A stretch of 64,000 bases of DNA, taken from contig JBBRSQ010000001.1 of the NCBI GenBank assembly GCA_038245255.1, forward strand, positions 2,335-66,334, given 5' to 3'. The translations under genes and the position numbers were made by a program. Within the stretch, counting starts at the first letter, position 1; each line of letters opens with the position of its first letter. The notes under the pieces are model-generated. The model did no database searches and was not told where the DNA came from. It worked only from the letters and a program-made list of their open reading frames with translations. This document shows positions 19,436 through 27,844 of the stretch, piece by piece. Origin of the DNA: Patescibacteria group bacterium. Its GTDB lineage: Bacteria > Patescibacteriota > Patescibacteriia > Patescibacteriales > UBA12465.

Positions 19436-20947
19436 CTATTGCTGATAAAATGCCCGCACATCAGCATTAAATTTAGCCACTTTTAAATTATAGCTATTTA
19501 CCGCTGTTTGATACGTAGCGAGATCAGCATTATATTTAGTAATCTTAGAATTATAACTCGAAATCAAATTATTATACTCTTTTATTTGCCCGTTTGTGTA
19601 ATACGCCTCCATTTGATTCTTTAAAGTGGTTACGCTTCCCTCCTCAGTTTTTATATCATTACCCATTGCGATTACTTCAAGCTGTTGCGTGTCAATATCT
19701 TTCTTGGTTTGACGCAGCGTCTCAACTCGCAAGTGAAGTGCCGGCATTCCCTGATATATTTTTCCGGGACTCGTTTGGTAAATTTCAATTTTTCCAAGAT
19801 TTGTTGAATTAAATAAATTGGTAAAGTCTTCGGCGGTTTGCGCCTGACCACCAGCAATACTTTGCGGAATAACACCGAGAGGAAAATAGTTTGTTGTTTC
19901 CCCGTAACAATATCCGGAATTATTTAGTGAATACTCTTTCGGACAAGCAATTCCAAGAGCAGTATGGTTTCTATCGGGAAAATCTAATATCGCCGCCCCA
20001 TAGCCGAGTTTACGTAGTAAGGCAACCGCTAAAAAAGTTTTATCCGAACAAACTCCTTTATCTAAATACAGAGTCTCATAAGGAAAATAAGGATTATTAT
20101 TTGTAGCGAGGTCGGCGCTTAGTTTTGATTGGTCATAAGGGATATACTGGACAAAAGTAAGTGTTAGCTCCACTAACTGATCATCTGACCATTTATTTTC
20201 AGATGCAATTTTTTTTAATTTAACTATTATTTCATCCAAAGAAGAGTCAGTATTTTTTATTTGTAAAAATAAACCATAAAAAACGTCTCGCAAGTTAGCT
20301 GGCTCATGGCCTTCTAAATAGCTATAGGTCTTTGGAGAATTTTTATAAGAATTATAAATACTAGCTGATAGTCCTTGAAGTAATTCAAAATTTGTATTTT
20401 GATATTTGAACGAAAAAATTCGACCCTCAGGAGTTATAACATTCAAGCCTGGCGTCGTTGTCCCAGCTGTCAGTGATGAGCTAGTGTTCGCGACACTTAT
20501 CTTATCTAAATCTTTATTACTAATTCCCAGCCCCTTAAGCCGCATAACACTAAACGCGTCACTGGGACGACCAAGATAGAATAATTTTAGACTTATTGGG
20601 TCAACATAATACGCTTGGCCCTTGTCCTCAACTTTAAGAAGAATACGTCCCGATAAACGACTCGGGGCCACCATCAAAAAAGAATTTAAATCAGCATTTG
20701 CTACACCGAGACCAAGCGATCGCATAATTTGAAAGGCGTCATCTGGCCTGCCTAGGTAATAACGTTTACTGTTTAATGGATTAATATACCAAGCTTGTCC
20801 TTTATCTTGAACTTGTAACAAAATACGACCATTAAGGTTCAAGGCTGCTTGCGCTGATTTTAGTTTTAAAAAAGAAGAGCCAGATCCGAAGAATCCGACT
20901 CCAATAAAAGCAAACACCAGTGAAATTTTTATTATTCTTTTAAACAT
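19436..20947 (-). CDS. secreted transglutaminase-like cysteine peptidase-fold protein with N-terminal tandem ~50-aa repeats and a C-terminal repetitive YN..K/ADL segment
   Basis: Signal peptide. Two tandem repeats (GRILLQVQDKGQAWYINP... and GRILLKVEDKGQAYYVDP...). Transglutaminase-like core GVCSDKTFLAVALLRKLGYGAAILDF...NHTALGIA. Confidence 0.6.
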   Translation of the reverse strand: MFKRIIKISLVFAFIGVGFFGSGSSFLKLKSAQAALNLNGRILLQVQDKGQAWYINPLNSKRYYLGRPDDAFQIMRSLGLGVANADLNSFLMVAPSRLSGRILLKVEDKGQAYYVDPISLKLFYLGRPSDAFSVMRLKGLGISNKDLDKISVANTSSSLTAGTTTPGLNVITPEGRIFSFKYQNTNFELLQGLSASIYNSYKNSPKTYSYLEGHEPANLRDVFYGLFLQIKNTDSSLDEIIVKLKKIASENKWSDDQLVELTLTFVQYIPYDQSKLSADLATNNNPYFPYETLYLDKGVCSDKTFLAVALLRKLGYGAAILDFPDRNHTALGIACPKEYSLNNSGYCYGETTNYFPLGVIPQSIAGGQAQTAEDFTNLFNSTNLGKIEIYQTSPGKIYQGMPALHLRVETLRQTKKDIDTQQLEVIAMGNDIKTEEGSVTTLKNQMEAYYTNGQIKEYNNLISSYNSKITKYNADLATYQTAVNSYNLKVAKFNADVRAFYQQ

Positions 20948-20964
20948 TAAATCTTTCTTGAATG

Positions 20965-21642
20965 TTAATCAATTAAAGTTAAAAATAAATCTTCATCAGG
21001 TGGAGACGGTAAATGACTAACATCATTTATATAATTAATTTTAACAAAACCATCGCGATCGATAACAAGCTTCGTAATTGAAGATTGGAAAATTTCAAGT
21101 GACAAAAACCCTATAACATCGGCATTTAATATTCCTGTCACCAGTGCTTTAATAAAGTTCCCGTGAGAGAATAAGGCAATACTTTTACCTTTATTATTTT
21201 TATATATATCAGCTAGAGCCCGACGAGCATTGGTCTGCATTTTATCAAGCTGAAGATCAAGCAGGCGGTGGTGTTTTAATTTTTTTTGACGATTTTTTTC
21301 TGATACATTAAAATATTTAATTCTAAACCAATGAGTCCAGTCAATTTCATTTAAACGACTATCGAGAACTAATTCTTTCTTTTGTTTTTGTGCATACACA
21401 AAAGCTGTTTCTTGAGCACGGACCAGTTCACTAGCATAAATTTTATCAAATTTCATCGACAATAACTTCTTGGTGAGAAATTTTCTTTGCTCAAGACCAT
21501 TCTTTGACAAGGGCATATTGTGCTCGCCAACTTTAGTTTCGGTTGTATAGTCCGGATGGCAATGACGTATTAAATAGATCTCTGTATAAGGATTACTTGT
21601 CTTTGGTTTAATCTTAATATACGGGTTTTGGTATTTTTTCAT
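20965..21642 (-). CDS. histidine phosphatase superfamily (phosphoglycerate-mutase-like) protein
   Basis: N-terminal LIRHCHPDY (an RHG-type variant) and a second His motif LFSHGNFIKAL. Confidence 0.65.
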   Translation of the reverse strand: MKKYQNPYIKIKPKTSNPYTEIYLIRHCHPDYTTETKVGEHNMPLSKNGLEQRKFLTKKLLSMKFDKIYASELVRAQETAFVYAQKQKKELVLDSRLNEIDWTHWFRIKYFNVSEKNRQKKLKHHRLLDLQLDKMQTNARRALADIYKNNKGKSIALFSHGNFIKALVTGILNADVIGFLSLEIFQSSITKLVIDRDGFVKINYINDVSHLPSPPDEDLFLTLID

Positions 21643-21648
21643 AATATC

Positions 21649-22251
21649 TTACAAGTTGTTCTGGGCAAATTCCCAATTTAATAAATTTCTCAATATTCCT
21701 TCAACAAAATCAGCTCGACGGTTTTGATAATCAAGGTAATAAGCATGTTCCCAAACATCAATTGTTAGTAAAGGTTTCAAGCCGTGCGCAATTGGCGTGT
21801 CAGCATTTGTTGTCTTAATGATTTTTAGAGTTTCATTTTCAATTACCAGCCAGGCCCAACCACTGCCAAACTGGCTAAGAGCAGCCGTTTTAAATTCTGA
21901 TAAAAAAGAATCTAAGCTTCCAAACGATTTATTTATTAATTCTAATATTTTTTCACTCGGACTAGACTGATTCGAAGCTGGTCTTAAACTGTTCCAAAAA
22001 AAATCGTGATTAAATATCTGGGCGGCGTTATTGAAAATAGCTGTCTGATCTTGATTGGCAAAAGTATGCTTAATAATATTTTCAAGACTTTCAGCTTCAT
22101 ATTCAGTACCGGCAATTAATTTATTTAAGTTATCAACATAAGCCTGGTGGTGTTTTCCGTAATGGAAATCAAGAGTATTCGCCGAAATATGTGGTTCCAG
22201 CGCTGATTTTTCAAATGGCAATAAAGATAATGTAAACATAAATTTATTCAT
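21649..22251 (-). CDS. sodA: Fe/Mn superoxide dismutase
   Basis: HYGKHHQAYVDNLN and DVWEHAYYLDYQNRR motifs. Confidence 0.92.
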   Translation of the reverse strand: MNKFMFTLSLLPFEKSALEPHISANTLDFHYGKHHQAYVDNLNKLIAGTEYEAESLENIIKHTFANQDQTAIFNNAAQIFNHDFFWNSLRPASNQSSPSEKILELINKSFGSLDSFLSEFKTAALSQFGSGWAWLVIENETLKIIKTTNADTPIAHGLKPLLTIDVWEHAYYLDYQNRRADFVEGILRNLLNWEFAQNNL

Positions 22252-22328
22252 TTAAATAATTAAAATATTATTGAATAATTATATCAAAAATATCGTAAAC
22301 GCGCCATAAATGCCATTTTTTTCAAAAA

Positions 22329-22913
22329 TTAACACTCACTCCCGCCTTTCTTGAGCTTAGCTCGTAATTCTCGGAAGTTTGGCACTTCACGAGCAACTAA
22401 GCCCCAGAATGCACGTGAGTGATTAAATTCTTTTAAATGACAGAGCTCATGAACAACAACGTAATCACGTGACTCAGACGATAAATATAATAAGCGAAAA
22501 TTAAAATTCAAATTACCACTTCGCGAACAACTTCCCCATCTGGTTTTTTGATCACGAATATTAATCTGTTTATATTTGAAATTATAAATTTCAGAAAAAA
22601 ATTTTGCTCTGGCCGTAATAATTTCGCGAGCCTTTTCGCGGTTATTTAAATAATCTCGTCGTGTAAGCAAATTAAGAGGATCAATTTTAGTATTTTTAAA
22701 ACTAGTGATTCGACTTATAAGCCAATTCTCTTTTTCATGAAGAAATTTTTCTACGATTTCAATACTTAATAAACGAGGCTTAGTGACAACTAAGCTGCCA
22801 TCAGGGTAAACTGCCAACCGAAGACGTTTGGCGCGAAGACTAAGCTTAAGAGTATAATTAATAATCTTATTTCTTAATTTAATTTCTTTTACTATTTCGC
22901 TCTGTATCTTCAT
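22329..22913 (-). CDS. YgjP-like (DUF45/WLM-type) zinc metallohydrolase
   Basis: HExxH motif VVVHELCHLKEFNHS near the C-terminus. Family size matches. Confidence 0.7.
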   Translation of the reverse strand: MKIQSEIVKEIKLRNKIINYTLKLSLRAKRLRLAVYPDGSLVVTKPRLLSIEIVEKFLHEKENWLISRITSFKNTKIDPLNLLTRRDYLNNREKAREIITARAKFFSEIYNFKYKQINIRDQKTRWGSCSRSGNLNFNFRLLYLSSESRDYVVVHELCHLKEFNHSRAFWGLVAREVPNFRELRAKLKKGGSEC

Positions 22914-23547
22914 TGTTTATAAATAAAATTCCACTTAACTTTTCCTCGATTTCTTTGATTAATTTTGTGAAATCTTCTGGTTTTTTAAAATCAAGCGCAC
23001 TTCGGTCAAAATATAAAACGTTACTATTAAAAGTTTTCAAATATTTATCATGCACCTCATGAATGGCGGCATATCTTTCCAAAAAATTATTATTTAATTC
23101 GAAGCTTCTACCTCGCGCCACGACAAATTCTTTTATTTTTTCTGGGCTAGCTTTTAAACTAATAATTAAATCGGGCCAAGGAAAAATATCTCTATCCATA
23201 CTTGAAGTTTCCATCATTAAATCCCTTTCAAAGGGATCACTCAAAAATTCCTGACAACAAACTTCATTTACGAACCAAAAGTTATCCAATAAAACGATAA
23301 AACCTTCTTTCTTTAATCTTAACGCTTCTAAGTATTGAGAAAAGGTTTTATTTCGAAAATACATACGTGTCGCCAGCTGATTTTTACCGGTTTTTATACT
23401 TTCTCGTACTGTCTCGGGAAAATCTTTCTCTTCGCCTTCATAAAGTGCTTCAGCTTCGTAATACTTTGCTAAACGCCTGACTAAAGCTGATTTACCAGTT
23501 CCGGGTCCTCCGGAAACGGCAATAATGATTCCTTTTTTAGTATTCAT
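22879..23547 (-). CDS. deoxynucleoside kinase (dAK/dGK/dCK family)
   Basis: P-loop GGPGTGKS, ERY/DRS-like motifs and the dNK fold length. Overlaps the downstream gene by 35 nt. Confidence 0.8.
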   Translation of the reverse strand: MNTKKGIIIAVSGGPGTGKSALVRRLAKYYEAEALYEGEEKDFPETVRESIKTGKNQLATRMYFRNKTFSQYLEALRLKKEGFIVLLDNFWFVNEVCCQEFLSDPFERDLMMETSSMDRDIFPWPDLIISLKASPEKIKEFVVARGRSFELNNNFLERYAAIHEVHDKYLKTFNSNVLYFDRSALDFKKPEDFTKLIKEIEEKLSGILFINNEDTERNSKRN

Positions 23548-23549
23548 GT

Positions 23550-24602
23550 TTATTTTTTTCGACCTCGCAATTGCCCGCAGGCCGCGCTAATTTCCGAACC
23601 AAAACTTAAACGAACAGTTACGGCAACGCTGGCTTCTTCGAGAATTTTTTTAAATTTCTCAATCCGTTCACGCCCAGAGGCTTGAAAACGACCAGTTTGG
23701 TTATACGGTATTAAGTTAACCATATATAAGGGTTTTTTCATTAGCTTGATTAGATCGTGTGCGTCCTTATCGCTATCGTTAACATTTTTAATCATTAAAT
23801 ACTCGAACATTACGCGGCGACCAGTCTTAGTGATATAATTATCAACGGCTTTAAATATTTCATGCAAGCTATATTTATTAGCGATTGGCATCAAATCTTT
23901 ACGTAAATTATCATTAGCGGCATGAAGAGAAACGGCGAGGTTAATTTGCATTTTTTCACCGGCTAATTTTTTTATTCCTTCAGTTATGCCCGAGGTTGAA
24001 ACAGACATACGGCGCGAACCAATATTTAAAGTCTCCGGATTATTTAAAAATTTAGCTGCTTTAATAAATTCGGCATAATTAAGAAATGATTCCCCCATTC
24101 CCATAAACACAATATTATCAACTTTTTGGTCTTTGTTTTCATTTTTAAGATATCTTGACCAAAAAACTACTTGTTCAACAATTTCTTCTGACTTCAAATT
24201 GCGACGAAAACCAAAATTTCCCGTAGCACAGAATTCGCAGCCCAAAGCACAGCCAACTTGGGATGAAACACAAACAGTATTGCGCTTATCCTTTTGACGA
24301 ATTAAAACAGTTTCAATTGCCTCACCGTCTAAAAGTGTAATCAAAGCTTTAATGCTTTTATTTTTTCCTGAATTTTTTTCAATTTCAGCCTTAATCTCTA
24401 GGGGACATTCTTCGTTTAATTTTTCCCTTAATTCTTTTGGTAAGCTGGAAACTTCTTGCCAAGCAGAAACAAAATCTTGCCAAAGTGCTTTATTTACTTG
24501 AACAAAACGATATTTTGGCTGTGTTTGCAGAATTCCAGATAATTTAGATAAGTTCATTTTATTTTTTCTTAAGAATAATTTTAACAATTTCACTTTGCCC
24601 AC
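23550..24602 (-). CDS. rlmN: 23S rRNA/tRNA adenine-C2 methyltransferase RlmN (radical SAM)
   Basis: Radical-SAM CALGCEFCATG and the conserved RlmN C-terminal Cys (ISAACGQL). Confidence 0.9.
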   Translation of the reverse strand: MGKVKLLKLFLRKNKMNLSKLSGILQTQPKYRFVQVNKALWQDFVSAWQEVSSLPKELREKLNEECPLEIKAEIEKNSGKNKSIKALITLLDGEAIETVLIRQKDKRNTVCVSSQVGCALGCEFCATGNFGFRRNLKSEEIVEQVVFWSRYLKNENKDQKVDNIVFMGMGESFLNYAEFIKAAKFLNNPETLNIGSRRMSVSTSGITEGIKKLAGEKMQINLAVSLHAANDNLRKDLMPIANKYSLHEIFKAVDNYITKTGRRVMFEYLMIKNVNDSDKDAHDLIKLMKKPLYMVNLIPYNQTGRFQASGRERIEKFKKILEEASVAVTVRLSFGSEISAACGQLRGRKK

Positions 24603-25668
24603 TAGTTCTCATTGGTGGCCCCCAAGTACCAGCCCCTCGACTAACGATTAATGAGAAATCTCCGTCATTAAACAATCCCTGCGCGTAGCCTTTATAGGCC
24701 AGCTTAGAAATGTAATTAAACGGAAATAATTGACCATTATGCGTATGACCGGATAATTGTAGGTCAATTTCAGCATGTTTAGCAAGAGCAATGTTTTTAG
24801 GTTCATGAAATAAGAGAATGCTCGCCTTGGCTTTACTGTAACCAACTTGCTTTAAAATAGCCGCCTCTAAGTCGAAATCCTTATTAAAAGAATAATTAAT
24901 GCCAATAATTTGCAGGCCATCAATTTCTACCATCTTATTATCTAAAACTTCCACTGGCCTATCTTTAAGAAGTTCTATAACGCGATTAAAGCCGAGATAC
25001 AAATCATGATTTCCAAAAGAATAATAAATTCCTCGTGGAACTTTAAGTTTTGAAAATGGATGATTTAGCCACGTAAAATCCGATTCCATTCCATCGAATA
25101 AATCTCCAGTAATAAAAATGGCCTCCGGGTTTAATTTCTGTGCCTTGCTTAATAAGCGACCAAAAAATTTTTCGCGATAAACAGGGCCAAGATGAACATC
25201 GGAAATCTGAACAACAACTTTATTATTCCAAGTCTCTGGTAAATCTTTTATCACCACTTCATACGATGTAACTTTCGGGATCCACGCCTTATAAAGACCG
25301 AAGAAAGAAATAATCATTGCCCCCAAGAAGTAAAATAAACGTAAAAAATGTAGCGAAACTTCAAAGTCAAAGGACCAAGATGCTAATTTAATAAGTAGAA
25401 CTAGAACCATCATTAGGCTAAGATTTGCAAGTAGTCCAATCCAAAAACCAGTAATAATATAATACCAACGAGTAAAAACATTATCCCATTTATGAATCAA
25501 GTATGACGCGCAAACAGTGCTGACAAATAAAAAAAGGATTATTAAAGCGGCTACCAAACGGCCCTCTAAAGCACTTATGCTCAGTATGTTTATTGAAAAA
25601 AACCAAACTAAAATATGTCCTGCTAAAAGCATTAAAACGGAAACAGCGAAATAAATTAATTGCATCAT
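24559..25668 (-). CDS. membrane-anchored metallophosphoesterase
   Basis: N-terminal TM helices, then calcineurin-like motifs GDLFDG, GNHD and GHTH. Confidence 0.8.
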   Translation of the reverse strand: MMQLIYFAVSVLMLLAGHILVWFFSINILSISALEGRLVAALIILFLFVSTVCASYLIHKWDNVFTRWYYIITGFWIGLLANLSLMMVLVLLIKLASWSFDFEVSLHFLRLFYFLGAMIISFFGLYKAWIPKVTSYEVVIKDLPETWNNKVVVQISDVHLGPVYREKFFGRLLSKAQKLNPEAIFITGDLFDGMESDFTWLNHPFSKLKVPRGIYYSFGNHDLYLGFNRVIELLKDRPVEVLDNKMVEIDGLQIIGINYSFNKDFDLEAAILKQVGYSKAKASILLFHEPKNIALAKHAEIDLQLSGHTHNGQLFPFNYISKLAYKGYAQGLFNDGDFSLIVSRGAGTWGPPMRTSGQSEIVKIILKKK

Positions 25669-25672
25669 AAAT

Positions 25673-26716
25673 TTATAAATTTACATTATCCCGACGCAAA
25701 CTGCGCTCAATACGGCTTATTACCTTTTGTAAAATTTTAACTGCTTCAAGGGGGTGGGCCCCAATAGTTGTTTCATCCGAAAGCATAATCATATCGGCCC
25801 CCTCAAAAACGGCATTAGCAATATCTGATACTTCGGCACGCGTTGGATGAGAATTAAGAATCATTGACGTCATAACTTGGGTAGCAATGATGGCTGGTTT
25901 GTCGTGCCAATGGGCGTGACGCACTAAATTTTTTTGAACAATTGGCAAATCCTCTATTGGAATCTCAATTCCTAAATCACCTCGAGCAATCATAATCAAA
26001 TCAGAAGCAGTAATGATTGCATCAATGTTTTTTAAAGCGATTGCTCTTTCGATCTTAGAAATAATTTTGACTTTTTTGTTTTTTCCAAATAGCTGCCTTA
26101 GTTTTTTAACGTCATTAGCTGTTTGAACAAATGAAAGTGCGATGTAATCGACTCCAGCCTTTAAAACAAATTTAACGTCTTTGATATCTTTCGGTGTTAA
26201 ACCGCCTTTTTTTAAATTAGTATAGGGAACATTTACTCCCTTATGAGAAGTAAGAAGGCCTCCCGTAATTACAGTTCCGGAGATAATTTTGTCTTTGATT
26301 CCAGAAACAGCAATTTCTATCTCACCATTACATAAAAATAATGGATCACCCTTTTTTATATCTAAATGGAGTTCTGAGTTATCAATCGGAATAATACCCG
26401 TTTCCGGGCTCGGTTTTTTTCCATTATATGAAAACCTAAGCGCCTCGCCATCATGAAGTATTAATTCATTTTCGGCTAGCTTGCCGACGCGGATACGAGG
26501 TCCTTGCAGATCGGCAATAATAGAAACTTTATTTTCAGAATTTAAATTAAAATCATCAACAATTTTTTTTATGCGCAAGTATTGCTCATAACTTGCATGT
26601 GAAAAGTTTACTCTCACATAACTAACCCCGGCCCGCAAAAGTGTTTGTAAATTTTCAGCTGATTCGGAATTAGGCCCAACCGTAATTATTATTTTGGTAT
26701 TCATAATTTCTAACAA
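25673..26716 (-). CDS. pyk: pyruvate kinase, short form lacking the C-terminal allosteric domain
   Basis: KIIITVGPNSES...VRVNFSHASYEQY N-terminus and the MIARGDLGIEIP active site. At 347 aa it ends at the end of the A domain. Confidence 0.85.
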   Translation of the reverse strand: MLEIMNTKIIITVGPNSESAENLQTLLRAGVSYVRVNFSHASYEQYLRIKKIVDDFNLNSENKVSIIADLQGPRIRVGKLAENELILHDGEALRFSYNGKKPSPETGIIPIDNSELHLDIKKGDPLFLCNGEIEIAVSGIKDKIISGTVITGGLLTSHKGVNVPYTNLKKGGLTPKDIKDVKFVLKAGVDYIALSFVQTANDVKKLRQLFGKNKKVKIISKIERAIALKNIDAIITASDLIMIARGDLGIEIPIEDLPIVQKNLVRHAHWHDKPAIIATQVMTSMILNSHPTRAEVSDIANAVFEGADMIMLSDETTIGAHPLEAVKILQKVISRIERSLRRDNVNL

Positions 26717-27811
26717 TTATTTTCTAAGTTTATTGAGAAGATTCTGGTAAAATTCTAAATTATTCAAACTTGCTAATTTTTGTCCTAAGGCTTCATTCAT
26801 TTTAAATAGATGATGAAGATAAGATCGCGTCAGTTTTTTCAAATCATAAATTTTGCTTTTCGAATTGATGGCGGAAAAATCTTGAGAATATTTTGCATTA
26901 TTAATGTTTATATTTGTAAAATTAAATGACTGAGAATTAAGAAACAATTTTCCATGTCGGCCTTCCCTGGTCGGTATTACACAATCGAACATATCCCAAC
27001 CCATTTTTGCGCAGCGAATTATATCCTCCGGTGTGCCGACGCCAAGTGCGAAGCGGATGGCCGATTCTGGAATATATTCGGCTGTTTTTCGTAGCACTTC
27101 TTCTAAAAAATTTCCCTTTTCATCAACTGGTCTCGCCCCAAAGCCATAGCCATCAAAGCCAATTTTAACCAGCTCTTTAGCGCAATATTCGCGTAAGTCA
27201 AGCTCGGCGCCTCCTTGAATTACTGCAAATAAAAGCGGCCGCTTTAAACCACTTAACTTTCGTTTATTGATTTGGCGTAAATATTCTTTTTTACATCGCT
27301 TTGCCCAACTAATAGTACGCTTCACGGCTAACTCTAAATCTAAACGAGAAAATTCATTAGGTGGACAATCATCGAAACAGACCATCATGTCGACTCCTAA
27401 AGCAAATTGAATCTGAATAGACTTTTCTGGAGTCAGCTCGTGGCTAGATCCATCAATGGGAGATTTAAATGTTACCTTATCATCCTCGATTTTCCCCAGC
27501 CGTGGATTTTTATGAATTAAAGAAAATACTTGAAAGCCACCTGAGTCTGAAAGTAGCGGTCCAGACCAGTTCATAAACTTATGAAGGCCGCCAGCGGCTT
27601 CGATAATTTTTAATCCCGGTTGAAGATATAAATGAAAGGTATTAACAACCAGAGCTTTCGTACCTGTTTGTTGAATTTCATTATTAGAAGTAAGTTTAAT
27701 ATAGGCACGAGTTGCGTCGGGCATATAAAAGGGCGTCTCTAAAACGCCGTGAGCAGTTTTTAAAATGCCACGGCGAATTCCTGACTTAGAGACTTCCTTT
27801 ATTTTAAACAT
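26717..27811 (-). CDS. tgt: queuine tRNA-ribosyltransferase with a degenerate zinc site
   Basis: DSGGFQV and GWDMFDCV catalytic motifs. The C-terminal RSYLHHL is present, but the CxCxxC zinc triad is replaced by SKSKIYDL. Confidence 0.88.
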   Translation of the reverse strand: MFKIKEVSKSGIRRGILKTAHGVLETPFYMPDATRAYIKLTSNNEIQQTGTKALVVNTFHLYLQPGLKIIEAAGGLHKFMNWSGPLLSDSGGFQVFSLIHKNPRLGKIEDDKVTFKSPIDGSSHELTPEKSIQIQFALGVDMMVCFDDCPPNEFSRLDLELAVKRTISWAKRCKKEYLRQINKRKLSGLKRPLLFAVIQGGAELDLREYCAKELVKIGFDGYGFGARPVDEKGNFLEEVLRKTAEYIPESAIRFALGVGTPEDIIRCAKMGWDMFDCVIPTREGRHGKLFLNSQSFNFTNININNAKYSQDFSAINSKSKIYDLKKLTRSYLHHLFKMNEALGQKLASLNNLEFYQNLLNKLRK

Positions 27812-27844
27812 AATCTAAAAAACTTTGTAAAAAATTATTAGCTC

